In this document: positions 49,326 to 59,404 of the stretch, piece by piece
Layout: each line of letters begins with the position of its first letter
How positions within the stretch are numbered: position 1 is the stretch's first letter
Assembly (NCBI GenBank): GCA_963666285.1
Contig: OY762711.1
Source of the DNA: Sedimentisphaerales bacterium
GTDB taxonomy: Bacteria > Planctomycetota > Phycisphaerae > Sedimentisphaerales > SM23-30
Strand: one strand, 5' to 3'
Length of the DNA stretch: 64,000 nt
The notes under the pieces: generated by a model
Told to the model about the DNA's origin: nothing
Database searches by the model: none
The model's input: the letters and a program-made list of their open reading frames with translations, nothing else
Made by a program: the position numbers and the translations under genes

Positions 49326-50285
49326 ATGAAGAAGTTGTTAGTCCTTGTTTTGTCAGTAGTTAGTTATGGCTCTATGGTTCTGGCTGCCCCTGTAAATAGT
49401 AAGATTATTCCAGACGATGCCAAAGTTGTTTTTCATGCCGATTTTGATGCTTTTCGAAGTTCTCCATATATGGATATTTTGAGTGAGCTCAAAGATTCAG
49501 ATGAAAATCCAATGAAAGAAGTTACAGAGAAGCTGGGATTTGATCCTTCAAAAGAAATGGCATCGGTGACAGTATATTCTGATGCATTTGAACCGGACAT
49601 GGAAGGGAAGGGTGTGTTTATAATTCAAACTCTGGGTGAAGTTTTGAAACCAGATAGTATTATAAATATGATAAAAGAAGAAAGTTCTGGCGAAGATGTT
49701 GATATTAAATCAACTATGAAGAATTCCAATAAGATTTATACTCTGACAAAGGGTGAAAATAGCGAAGAGAAAATTGAATTTTGTTTTCTTGATGGAAAGA
49801 CAGTTGTCGTTGCCGGTAATGATGATATAACAAAAGCAACCAAAACAATTAGTTCAAAATCTGGGAAATATTCAGATATGTCAGTTGTTCCAGCTGGAAG
49901 TATTTTATCAATTAATATTTCAGAATTAGATTTAGGAAATGTGGCAGCAAATAATCCGCAGGTTCAGATGGTAAAGGATGTCAATTCTGTATCTTGCTTT
50001 ATTGGTGAAACCGCAGGTAATACATTTATTACTGCCAAATTGTCTGTGACAGATTCAACAGCAGCTCAAGCACTGCAAGGGCAGGTAAACGGCATGCTCC
50101 AATTTTTAGTTATGTCAGCAGCCAGCCAGTCTCCTGAAATGATGCAATATGCACAAAATATTAAAGTATTAGCTGACGGCGATGCTGTTAATATTTCTTT
50201 CCAGTGTCCATCTGAGTCAATTGTTAATATTGTCAAGGCTAAAATGGCCGAGAGCCAGGCAGGGCCAATGATATCAATAGAATGA
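49326..50285 (+). CDS. Secreted hypothetical protein
   Basis: 319-aa ORF with signal peptide and GGAG RBS; no family recognised. Confidence 0.75.
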   Translation: MKKLLVLVLSVVSYGSMVLAAPVNSKIIPDDAKVVFHADFDAFRSSPYMDILSELKDSDENPMKEVTEKLGFDPSKEMASVTVYSDAFEPDMEGKGVFIIQTLGEVLKPDSIINMIKEESSGEDVDIKSTMKNSNKIYTLTKGENSEEKIEFCFLDGKTVVVAGNDDITKATKTISSKSGKYSDMSVVPAGSILSINISELDLGNVAANNPQVQMVKDVNSVSCFIGETAGNTFITAKLSVTDSTAAQALQGQVNGMLQFLVMSAASQSPEMMQYAQNIKVLADGDAVNISFQCPSESIVNIVKAKMAESQAGPMISIE

Positions 50286-50322
50286 TAATTGTTAATTATA
50301 CAATTATTTTTGAAAGAGATAT

Positions 50323-50356
50323 AAAAGCTGTCAGCAGAACGTTGACAGCTTTTTTT
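50323..50356 (+). terminator. Intrinsic terminator
   Basis: Stem AAAAGCTGTCAGC / GTTGACAGCTTTT followed by Ts. Confidence 0.75.
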
Positions 50357-50405
50357 AATGCTAACTCGTTGTTGTGTATTCTATATTGATGAGACCGGTG
50401 TAAAT

Positions 50406-50441
50406 AAAAAAGCATAGCAGTAGTATAAACTGCTATGCTTT
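50406..50441 (-). terminator. Intrinsic terminator of the GH2 gene
   Basis: Stem AAAGCATAGCAGT / ACTGCTATGCTTT, with an A run on the plus strand. Confidence 0.75.
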
Positions 50442-50463
50442 CTGAAAAAGGAGGATTGGTAAT

Positions 50464-52752
50464 CTATTTACCGGTTATAGTAGAAATTCCGGCATCGATA
50501 AACTGCCCGCCTGAAGACTGTTTGCAATGAATAGCAATTGTATTTTTACCAGTCTTTAAGGCTGATTTAGCATCAACATCCAGGATGATAGGTGCATAAT
50601 TTGAAGTGTACCCAGCCAGGTCAGCAATCTTTTTACCGTTAAGGTATACAACAGCATCTTCATCATGGTAAATATTTAGAACAGCTAAACCATCAGGTAT
50701 TTCTGCTATATTGAAACTTTTTCTGATCCAGATATTGTTAGTATTCCAGGTAGTCTTTACCGGTGCATTTGGGGTACCTTCTGTACCAAAACCAGCATCA
50801 GCAGATTTCCATGCTGAATCATTAAATGATGGTTTCATCCAGTTATTATCTGGCTCAGATAAGGAATATTTCCATTTCTCAGTTTTTTCGCTGGTAGTTG
50901 GCAGAAGAGTTACCAGTTTAGCTTCATCGGGAGTTTTAAGCAGCATATCAGATAATTTTTTCAGCCATGCTGTATCTACTTTTTCTACTCTGTCATAGGT
51001 AAGAAGACCATTGATTTCACCCTCGACGTCAGTAGTCTGTGTGTAGATTGCGCCGGAGATTCCCCGCATTTTTAAGCCGCACATGATATTGATAGAAGTG
51101 GCATAACGTTGTTTCCATTCGTCCTGGTCTTTTGGCAAACCGCCATAACCCCAGTTTCTTATCCCAGGATTCCAGAGATGACCTTCAACCGGGAATCCAT
51201 GGCCGCCAAACTCACCTACTACTTTTACATAGCCGTCAAAACGGCCGCCTTTACCCTGGTCAAAAGGAAAGCTTGGATGAGGGTAAGAGTGATTATCAAC
51301 GACATGCCCAACCGGATGCCAGTTACCGCCGCTGCAAATATTAACCTGACGAGTTGGATCATATTCTGTAATCCATTTGCCTACTTCCATTGATTGATGC
51401 TGCCCCCAGCTTTCGTTAAATGGAACCCATTGAACTATACAAGGATGACTGTATAAAGTATCTATCATCAGCTTAAGTTCTTTCATATACTGAGCGTGTG
51501 CTTCTTTTGGCCATACAATGGTTTCAGGATTTGGCTGCAGGAAGGTCCACCTTGGCTGATGTCCGCCTTGACAGTTACTTACCTGGTCTTGCCACATTAG
51601 CATACCAATTTGATCGCAATAAGTATAGTAACGACGAGGTTCAACCTTAATATGTTTACGAATAGTATTGAAGCCCGCGGCTTTCAGGAATTTTATATCA
51701 TAAGCCATGGCTTCATCAGATGGAGGGGTCAGTAGCCCGTCCGGCCACCATCCCTGGTCTAAGGTTGCCCAATGGAAATAAGGTTTGCCGTTAAGAGTGA
51801 AACGCAGGTTACCGTTAGCATCAGGTGCAAATGAAGTTTCTCTCAAACCTACATATGATTGGACTGTATCTCTGCCTACTGTAATATCCAGATCGTATAA
51901 AGTTGGAGATTCTGGAGTCCAGAGTTTAGGAGATGAAATTTGAAGTTTGAATATGCCATTGCTGCTTTGTGCTTTGGCAACTTCTTTGCCTTTTAAGGAA
52001 GCAACAACAGACATTCTTTTTGGATTTCCGACAGCATCAATTTCAATAGTAACTTCCCCGCTTATTTTTGGCGTGATTTTTAGAGACTTGATATATTTCT
52101 TAGGAACTTCTTCCAACCAGACTGTTTGCCAGATACCGGATACTGGAGTATACCAGATGCCTTGGGGGTTATGCATTTGTTTTCCATGTAGCTGGTAAGT
52201 TCCTTTTGCATTGGTAGCATCAGTAACTTTCAAGCTGATAGTATTTTCTCCAGATTTAAGAGCTTTAGTAATATCAAAAGAAAACGGAAGATTTCCACCA
52301 GTGTTTTCACCAACTTTTGTTTCATTAACCCAGACAGTACTTTGATAGTCAACAGCTTCAAAGTTTAGCAAATATGTTCTTTTTGTGTTTTTGTCGACAT
52401 TTATGGTACGTTTATACCAGATTGCGTCATTTTCGGTAACACGTTTCCTTATGCCAGACAAAGCAGCTTCAACGGCGAAAGGAACAAGTATTTTACCATC
52501 ATATTTATCCGGGGCACTGGCATCTTTACTGGTAATAGCATAATCCCATAAGCCATTAAGATTTGTCCATGTGTCACGTTTCATTGCCGGACGAGGGTAT
52601 TCCTGCCAGGCATTATCAGGAGTAACATTTTTGCCCCATTTTGTAACAATTGGGCATTCTGCCATTTTCCATGCAAAACATGTGCTGGTCATAAACCCGC
52701 AGCATATTGCAGTAATTAACAGGGAATTCACTAGTAAACTTTTCTTCATCAT
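50464..52752 (-). CDS. Secreted GH2 glycoside hydrolase with C-terminal galactose-binding-like module
   Basis: EYPRP, NLNGLWDY, FEAVDY, SGIWQTVWLE, LDQGWWPDG, RKHIKVEP, WVPFNESWG, GEFGG, DVEGEING. Confidence 0.9.
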   Translation of the reverse strand: MMKKSLLVNSLLITAICCGFMTSTCFAWKMAECPIVTKWGKNVTPDNAWQEYPRPAMKRDTWTNLNGLWDYAITSKDASAPDKYDGKILVPFAVEAALSGIRKRVTENDAIWYKRTINVDKNTKRTYLLNFEAVDYQSTVWVNETKVGENTGGNLPFSFDITKALKSGENTISLKVTDATNAKGTYQLHGKQMHNPQGIWYTPVSGIWQTVWLEEVPKKYIKSLKITPKISGEVTIEIDAVGNPKRMSVVASLKGKEVAKAQSSNGIFKLQISSPKLWTPESPTLYDLDITVGRDTVQSYVGLRETSFAPDANGNLRFTLNGKPYFHWATLDQGWWPDGLLTPPSDEAMAYDIKFLKAAGFNTIRKHIKVEPRRYYTYCDQIGMLMWQDQVSNCQGGHQPRWTFLQPNPETIVWPKEAHAQYMKELKLMIDTLYSHPCIVQWVPFNESWGQHQSMEVGKWITEYDPTRQVNICSGGNWHPVGHVVDNHSYPHPSFPFDQGKGGRFDGYVKVVGEFGGHGFPVEGHLWNPGIRNWGYGGLPKDQDEWKQRYATSINIMCGLKMRGISGAIYTQTTDVEGEINGLLTYDRVEKVDTAWLKKLSDMLLKTPDEAKLVTLLPTTSEKTEKWKYSLSEPDNNWMKPSFNDSAWKSADAGFGTEGTPNAPVKTTWNTNNIWIRKSFNIAEIPDGLAVLNIYHDEDAVVYLNGKKIADLAGYTSNYAPIILDVDAKSALKTGKNTIAIHCKQSSGGQFIDAGISTITGK

Positions 52753-53066
52753 TAATTACCTTTCATCTAAAACAATTTATAAATATTTATTACTTAATTA
52801 GCCTTAATAACATGTAAGCTAAACAGAACGTAAAACTGTATTACCTTACTATTAATGTAGTTTTTTCTTAATTTGTAAACTAATTTATGAAGGTTTTTAT
52901 GGTTTTAGCAGGTTATTAATGATAAGTGACAAAAAAGTAGTTTTTTTGGAAATATTTATATTATTTTTCTTGCCGGAAGAGAGCTTTTTATGGAAGGGCA
53001 TATATTGCAATATGTTAAACGCTTCTTTTTTAATGGTTATTTTGCTTTGGGATACAAAATAAGTAC

Positions 53067-53109
53067 AAAAAAAATCGCTCCGGCAGCTTGCGCCACCGGA
53101 ACGAAAAAA
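53067..53109 (-). terminator. Terminator after the PA14-LamG gene
   Basis: Imperfect stem TCGCTCCGG / CCGGAACGA flanked by A runs. Confidence 0.55.
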
Positions 53110-53128
53110 CTAGTGAAGTTAAGATTTA

Positions 53129-55078
53129 TTAGTCACAGTCGAGCCATCCACATGCCAGCCATTCTGCTGCCAGCATGCCGAGGTCTTCTAGATTTACACG
53201 GCAATCACCATTAACATCTGCTGTTGGAGAATCAATACATGCATTAGTTGGAACTTCATCAGCACCAGTTGTATAATGCTCAGTAATCCACTCTGGAGAC
53301 AGGGCTTCGTCATAAATACGGAATTCATTGATTGAGCCAGTAAATCCGGCGTCATCCCATTGTGCGCGTCCAAGCCAGTTGTTTACGTCATTGAATTCTG
53401 CCAGGGTTACATGCAGGGCTGTACCGTCTGAAATACTTGCACCATTTACATATACCTTTGATTTGTTATCAAATTCACTCCAGGTAATGGCTACACAAAT
53501 TTCAGTATTAACAGGTGCAGGTTGTGTCCAGTTAACGACTTTTTCACCCAGACCTGCAGCGTTATTAGTGAAGCCAAAACGCATTGGGTTATTTAAAGCG
53601 TCAGCTCTTGGTGTCAGGAATATATAATTTGATGTATTGCCACCGGAAGATATGTCTTCACCTTCATTACTACTACCAAAGTCAAATACGCGTTCCCAGT
53701 TTTGGGTTTCAGGTCCACCCCATGTGAACCAGATAATGAAAGTAAATTCTTTACCCAGAGAAGAAATCATACCATTAGGCAGATCAATGTAGCCAATATT
53801 ACCGCTATTTGAACTGTATCCACTGTTATTTGTAAATACGGCTTGTCCGTTTTCAATAGTTACATTATTATTTGGAGCAATAATTTTACCTACAGCGCCA
53901 CCAACATAGTCGTTAGGGTCATCAGTGAAACTGAAACGATGGACTAATCCGCGAGTTACGAATAGAGTTACAGTGTTACTTGTTTCAGAGCCTATATCAT
54001 TAGAAACTGTACAATAATAAGAACCTTTATCTGCATATTCGACTTCGGTTATCTCCAATACATTGCCAGTACCAACTGAAACATCTCCGCTTTCTTTAAC
54101 TTTGAACCACTCATAAGAAATTGTTGATGGGTCAATAGATTCAGCTGCAATGGAGAAAGAAGCATCTTTACCAACTTTAGCCTGATTGTTTCCTGGCTGG
54201 CTGGTAATGGTAGGAATACCATTGTTTGTTGTGAATGTTGTACGTTCACCTTTGTGTACGGTGTTGTCAGCTTCTACAGCATCAACGCGCCATGTGTATT
54301 CGGTGTTATATTGTAAGAGATTTCCATTACCAATATTACCAAGGTCCAGTTCGGTAGCTGTTATACCTGTATATTCAATATTTGGATCGGCAAAGAGAGT
54401 AACATTGTAAGAAACAGCTTCGATTGTTGTCGGTTCAAACCAAGATAGAAGACCGTCTTTGACATTATCTGCACCATCAACCGGTTCAACGCCGCCGGCA
54501 ATATCAGCATTGCTTCTGATATATTCATTAGCGATAACTGTAGGTGAAGAAATGCCAGGACCGGTCCAGGCTACTGACTGATGGTCGCCGCCATATCCTT
54601 CACAATGAGCAACATAGAAGCGGTAATATTTACCGGCTTCCAGTGTGACAGGATCTGAAATCTGTTCTGGAAATGCATAATAGCCTTGATAGCCAGACCA
54701 TTGAGAGTTTGCGTCACCTTCAAGACTACAGATGTAATCACCAGTAGGTTCACTTGCATTTGAACTTAAGAATAAAGCGCCTTCGTCATCACTTGAAAGA
54801 TAGAATATATAGTCGCCGGTAGCAGGAGGGGTAATCCATCCATATGTTTTACTTACATAATCATCATAGCCGCCAACTCCGTTCCAGGTTAATTCAGAGC
54901 GAACTAAAATAAAATCTGGAACGTATTCTTCAGCTTGAACAAATGCAATTGCCTGATCAAGTGTGTCTATTCCACCTTGATTTAACCATACTTTTTGTTC
55001 GACGCTGCCTACTGCACCAAAAGTAGTACTGCAAAATAATAAACAACTCAAAAACAAACCAGCAATTCCTGTTCTCAT
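53129..55078 (-). CDS. Secreted PA14 / FN3-like / Ig / LamG protein with dockerin-like tag
   Basis: PA14 GWITPPATGDYIFYLSSDDEG; Ig DKGSYYC; LamG WERVFDFG; ADVNGDCRVNLEDLGMLAAEWL. Confidence 0.85.
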   Translation of the reverse strand: MRTGIAGLFLSCLLFCSTTFGAVGSVEQKVWLNQGGIDTLDQAIAFVQAEEYVPDFILVRSELTWNGVGGYDDYVSKTYGWITPPATGDYIFYLSSDDEGALFLSSNASEPTGDYICSLEGDANSQWSGYQGYYAFPEQISDPVTLEAGKYYRFYVAHCEGYGGDHQSVAWTGPGISSPTVIANEYIRSNADIAGGVEPVDGADNVKDGLLSWFEPTTIEAVSYNVTLFADPNIEYTGITATELDLGNIGNGNLLQYNTEYTWRVDAVEADNTVHKGERTTFTTNNGIPTITSQPGNNQAKVGKDASFSIAAESIDPSTISYEWFKVKESGDVSVGTGNVLEITEVEYADKGSYYCTVSNDIGSETSNTVTLFVTRGLVHRFSFTDDPNDYVGGAVGKIIAPNNNVTIENGQAVFTNNSGYSSNSGNIGYIDLPNGMISSLGKEFTFIIWFTWGGPETQNWERVFDFGSSNEGEDISSGGNTSNYIFLTPRADALNNPMRFGFTNNAAGLGEKVVNWTQPAPVNTEICVAITWSEFDNKSKVYVNGASISDGTALHVTLAEFNDVNNWLGRAQWDDAGFTGSINEFRIYDEALSPEWITEHYTTGADEVPTNACIDSPTADVNGDCRVNLEDLGMLAAEWLACGWLDCD

Positions 55079-55200
55079 AATAGACTCTCCTTATTAAAAG
55101 AGGACACTAAAATTACATAATACTTTTTTAAGTATTTTAACACGCCTTTTTCAAAAATATATTCAGACTAAACTGTTTTGGAAAAGTCTGTCAACTTTTA

Positions 55201-56874
55201 TTATTTTGTTTTCAGGATCAGTTCTGGTTTAGCAAAAACACACCAGTCTGCCCAGGTACTGATCAAAGTATCGTCAGGGTCGCCGCCATCAGTAGATATC
55301 AGCGTTAGAAAACGATCTGTTTCTTTAATTTCTAAATCAATATTGTAAATTGAATTGCAATTATCCATAGCGGACTGGTTGTACTTGATCTTCCCGTCAA
55401 TTAGTACATAAACATCAGCTTTACCTTTATTGTCAAGGTTTCCGGCCGAGGTAAAGCCGGTATCGGCTTTGAATCTGTCAAATGTTAATCTGGAATCAGC
55501 CAGGTCATTTCTTATAGCATTCAAGTCGAAAGTAATTCCCAGGTTTGCATGCATTAATATACTAGGGTAATCGGGTGTACCAATAATCCTGTTTCCCAGT
55601 TTGGATGTTTCTATTCCTTCTATAGCCCAATCAGCACTACCTTTACCATTTGTTATATTTAGATAAAAGTTTGTGTTAGTTTTGGGGCATTCTTTGAATA
55701 ATATTCCGGTCGAGCTGATTTGCTGGTTGCTTCCAACCGGCACAAATACACCGTCAATATATTTGTCATATTTGGTAGCAACGAATTTACCTTCTACTTT
55801 GCGGTCTTGATTTATTCCGGTTTCTCTTTTTCCCGTATCAGGGTTAATTCCTAGCTCCAGTTGACCGGTACCAAATCCGTTGCCTCCTCCAACTATATCA
55901 GCGAGGTTGATGTTTGTGTCTCCATACCAGATATGTTTTGAAATTGGGTCAATAGCTCGTGCAAATGCCCCTTCATCTAATGCGATATTCGATACATTGC
56001 CGCTGTATGAGTCTACTGTTCTAGCCTGACCTTCAACAATTGTTTGCTTAAAATTGTAGCCGGAATCATTACCGGAAAACAGTGCAGTTTTTCCATCGTA
56101 AACATGAAGATCAGTATCACCATTGACATTAACCATCATGCCGAATTCAGTTCCCAGATCGACAACTTTGCTGTATTTTGTGTCAATAGCAAAGCCGACA
56201 GCCTGTGGCGGTACCTGGGCATATAATCTTCCAAATTTAAGATAGATTTTATCTTGTGACTTCAAACTAAACTCTACAGGCGATTCCAATATTACTTTTG
56301 TACCATTTTCAAAAGCCAATTCAATTGTACCGTCTTTAAGACTGTAATCACCTGGCCAGAGCCATTGGCCTTCGTGTAGTTTTTCCCCCTTGAACCTAAA
56401 ATCACTTTTAACTTCGCAGCTTATCTTTGCCAGTTTTGGCAAAATATTGGTTGCATGATAATTAACAATTTTTTTATCCAGCCAGAGGACGCCAAAGCAA
56501 ATAAGTACAAATGCTGCTATTCCAAAGAAATATGACTTCAAATTCTTTTTTGTCATTTGAGTTTTTCTTATATTATCAGCATTTTTCGTATCAGCTATTT
56601 CTTGTATAGGTGAAGCTTCAAGCTCTTGTTTTGCCATGAGATCCAGCATTGCAATTGTCGTATCTTCTTGAGTCATGTGAGTTGGTGATTCTGCAGCATG
56701 TTCTCTTCTGTCCAGAAGTGAAAACATAGAAACAAACTCCACGTAATACCTCATGAACTCAGGTTTTGAACAAATGAGTTCCTGAAACTGTTCAAATTCC
56801 TTTTCAGAGCATTTGTTGTCCATGAGGTCTATAATTAACCTGCTTAACTGATCATACTTATTATTTGCTGCCAT
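55201..56874 (-). CDS. FecR-type anti-sigma factor with C-terminal NPCBM/NEW2-like domain
   Basis: N-terminal helical domain; TM; FecR core (VVDLGTEFG, HVYDG); C-terminal MHANLGITFDL...FLTLISTDGGD...DWCVFAKPEL; TAATG overlap with the sigma stop. Confidence 0.85.
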   Translation of the reverse strand: MAANNKYDQLSRLIIDLMDNKCSEKEFEQFQELICSKPEFMRYYVEFVSMFSLLDRREHAAESPTHMTQEDTTIAMLDLMAKQELEASPIQEIADTKNADNIRKTQMTKKNLKSYFFGIAAFVLICFGVLWLDKKIVNYHATNILPKLAKISCEVKSDFRFKGEKLHEGQWLWPGDYSLKDGTIELAFENGTKVILESPVEFSLKSQDKIYLKFGRLYAQVPPQAVGFAIDTKYSKVVDLGTEFGMMVNVNGDTDLHVYDGKTALFSGNDSGYNFKQTIVEGQARTVDSYSGNVSNIALDEGAFARAIDPISKHIWYGDTNINLADIVGGGNGFGTGQLELGINPDTGKRETGINQDRKVEGKFVATKYDKYIDGVFVPVGSNQQISSTGILFKECPKTNTNFYLNITNGKGSADWAIEGIETSKLGNRIIGTPDYPSILMHANLGITFDLNAIRNDLADSRLTFDRFKADTGFTSAGNLDNKGKADVYVLIDGKIKYNQSAMDNCNSIYNIDLEIKETDRFLTLISTDGGDPDDTLISTWADWCVFAKPELILKTK

Positions 56875-57464
56875 TATTTTGCCTCCTGCTCCCGTAATGT
56901 TCTCATTACACATCGCAGCAGTATATCATGTACTTTTGGTATAGTTTTATATACACTGGCAACAGTCATATGTAGTTTTTCAGCTATTGATTTTGTATTC
57001 AACTGTTTAGTATGTTTTAACAGGATTAATTTTCGATCTTTTTCGTTGAGCTTTTTTAAGCATCCCTGCAGGACGTCGTATCTTTCTTCCAGGTTATCAT
57101 TAATTTTCTCGGTTATGCCTGCAATTTGTTCCAAAACATCATCAGAAAATTTGATTTTACTGGAGTATTTCTTCTGTCTATATTGCAATACTTTGTAGTG
57201 GGCAATTTTCATTCCCCAGGAAGCAAAGTTTTTGATGTCCTGATTGTCATTATATTTAACCCACATAAGGGCAGCGGTTTCCTGTAATAGATCTTCAGCG
57301 TCATTAGTGTTGTGAACCAATGTCAGGATAAATGAGTAAATGCGTTTTTCTGCTTCAAGCATTTTGCGCACAAAAGATTCTCCAATATCAATTGTGGTAT
57401 CAAAATGTATTTCCTGCTTTTGCATTCTATTACTTTCAGAATAGGCCCGAATGGGCAATACCAT
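56874..57464 (-). CDS. ECF sigma-70 factor (Rhodopirellula/Verrucomicrobium-type)
   Basis: IYSFILTLV..DAEDLLQET..NFASWG..IA; LQGCLKKL..DRKLI. Alternative start at 57425. Confidence 0.88.
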   Translation of the reverse strand: MVLPIRAYSESNRMQKQEIHFDTTIDIGESFVRKMLEAEKRIYSFILTLVHNTNDAEDLLQETAALMWVKYNDNQDIKNFASWGMKIAHYKVLQYRQKKYSSKIKFSDDVLEQIAGITEKINDNLEERYDVLQGCLKKLNEKDRKLILLKHTKQLNTKSIAEKLHMTVASVYKTIPKVHDILLRCVMRTLREQEAK

Positions 57465-57758
57465 TTAAATAGCATAAATCTGAGGTATGTATCTGAAGAA
57501 GCAGACTTTTAGATAACCTCATTATTTATATATCTTTACTAAGAAAAAGTATAAGAGTTTCAGAATTTCACTGGATTAAATGAATCATTAAATGATACTC
57601 AATAATGGTTCAAGATCTTTTTCTCTATAAGCAAGTCTGTTCAATAGTCGATTTTTAGAAAGAAAAATTATTTTTTTATATATTTTTGCGTCTGTTATTA
57701 CGTAAAAAATTGATGTAATGGCCTGCAAAATAGTTATAATGGATGGTTTAGAATATTA

Positions 57759-57787
57759 TTGACAAAATATACCGGTTGCTTTATTGT
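57759..57787 (+). promoter_or_regulatory. Sigma70 promoter of the glycyl-tRNA synthetase gene
   Basis: TTGACA-N17-TATTGT. Confidence 0.55.
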
Positions 57788-57844
57788 CGCCCGGCATATT
57801 TGCCCTTTTTTAGTAAGTCGCTTAAAATAAAGGAATTATGTTAA

Positions 57845-59299
57845 ATGTCTGAAAAATTACAGAAACTTGAAGATCTGGTCTCATTATGTAAACGCAGAGG
57901 TTTTATTTTCCAGTCTAGTGATATATATGGTGGTCTGGCAAGTTGTTACGACTATGGTCCTCTTGGAGCCGAACTGAAACGGAACGTTAAAAATGCCTGG
58001 TGGAAACGTGTTGTTCAGATGAGAGATGATATGGTAGGAATCGATTGTTCGATTCTAATGCATCCTATGATATGGAAGGCGTCCGGACATGTTGATAAAT
58101 TTGCAGATCTGGTCGCAGAATGTAAAAAATGCCATACTCGTACCCGAGCAGACCACCTTGAAGATGAAAATGGTAATACCAAAGAAGGTGCTTCAACAGC
58201 TGAAGAGCTAAAAGATAAGATTTGTCCAGGATGTAAAACTGTTGGTGATTTTACAGAGCCAATGCCTTTTAAACTTATGTTTGAGACAAGGATGGGAGCT
58301 AATGCTGATGATGCGATGACTGTGTATCTTCGTCCGGAAACAGCTCAAGGTATTTTTGCTAACTATCGAAACGTCCTTGACAGCACCCGTGTTAAAGTAC
58401 CTTTTGGAATTGCACAGGTTGGTAAAAGCTTTCGTAATGAGGTTACTACCAAGGCATTTATCTTCCGTACTCGAGAATTTGAGCAGATGGAGATAGAGTT
58501 TTTCTGTAAGCCTGGTACAGATGAAGAATGGTACGATCAATGGAAAGAAGCCCGCATGAGCTGGTATACAGAGCTTGGCATTAAACCAGAAAACCTGCGT
58601 TTTAGGGATCATGCCAGTGATGAGCTTGCCCATTATGCCAAGAGCTGTGTCGATATTGAGTACCTTTTCCCATTTGGTAAAGGCGATTGGCAGGAATTGG
58701 AAGGTATTGCCAACCGTACAGACTATGATTTGCGTCAGCATCAGCGAGGTATGAGGTCTGTAACGAGTTGGATAGAAAATAACCGAGATGCGGTCACTAC
58801 CCCATTAAAGGAAGAGTCTGAAGACTGGGCAAAAGGGCCGTTAAGCTTTTTTGAGGAAGAAAATCGTGAAAGATATATTCCTTATGTAATCGAACCATCT
58901 GCAGGTGCTGACCGTGGTACTTTGGCATTTCTGGTTGATGCTTATACCGTTGAAGATTTGGGTGATGGTAAAGAACGCAACGTTTTTAAATTCCATCCAG
59001 AGCTGGCTCCAATTAAGGTTGCGATTCTGCCGTTGGTGAAAAAAGAAGGCATGCCGGAAAAGGCAATGAATATCTACGACGATCTGAAAAAGCATTTTGC
59101 ATGTTTTTATGATGAAAAGGCTGCAATTGGTCGTCGTTATCGCCGGCAGGATGAAGCTGGAACTCCTTATTGCGTCTGCGTTGATGGTCAGACCAATGAA
59201 GATGGTACAGTGACCGTCCGTGATCGTGATACTATGGAGCAGACTCGCGTAAGTACCGATCAGCTTAAAGGGTATTTATTCGATAAGCTTAGCATATAG
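57845..59299 (+). CDS. glyQS: Glycine--tRNA ligase, alpha2 (homodimeric) type
   Basis: CKRRGFIFQS..YDYGPLG, YLRPETAQGIF, FIFRTREFEQMEIEFF, ELEGIANRTDYDL, IGRRYRRQDEAGTP. Confidence 0.95.
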   Translation: MSEKLQKLEDLVSLCKRRGFIFQSSDIYGGLASCYDYGPLGAELKRNVKNAWWKRVVQMRDDMVGIDCSILMHPMIWKASGHVDKFADLVAECKKCHTRTRADHLEDENGNTKEGASTAEELKDKICPGCKTVGDFTEPMPFKLMFETRMGANADDAMTVYLRPETAQGIFANYRNVLDSTRVKVPFGIAQVGKSFRNEVTTKAFIFRTREFEQMEIEFFCKPGTDEEWYDQWKEARMSWYTELGIKPENLRFRDHASDELAHYAKSCVDIEYLFPFGKGDWQELEGIANRTDYDLRQHQRGMRSVTSWIENNRDAVTTPLKEESEDWAKGPLSFFEEENRERYIPYVIEPSAGADRGTLAFLVDAYTVEDLGDGKERNVFKFHPELAPIKVAILPLVKKEGMPEKAMNIYDDLKKHFACFYDEKAAIGRRYRRQDEAGTPYCVCVDGQTNEDGTVTVRDRDTMEQTRVSTDQLKGYLFDKLSI

Positions 59300-59334
59300 A
59301 ACAACTTGTTAAAATTAAATATATTGCCTATAAT

Positions 59335-59373
59335 ACAGAAGAGCCGTGATTAAGCGGCCTTCTGTGTTTTTTT
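59335..59373 (+). terminator. Terminator after glyQS
   Basis: Stem ACAGAAG-A-GCCG / CGGC-CTTCTGT followed by a T run. Confidence 0.7.
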
Positions 59374-59404
59374 ATTTTACGAAAGCATTACGTTAGGATA
59401 CGAG

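Noticed and set aside
57465..57844. T-box leader before glyQS
   Set aside because: No T-box antiterminator consensus, and the predicted promoter is too close to the gene.
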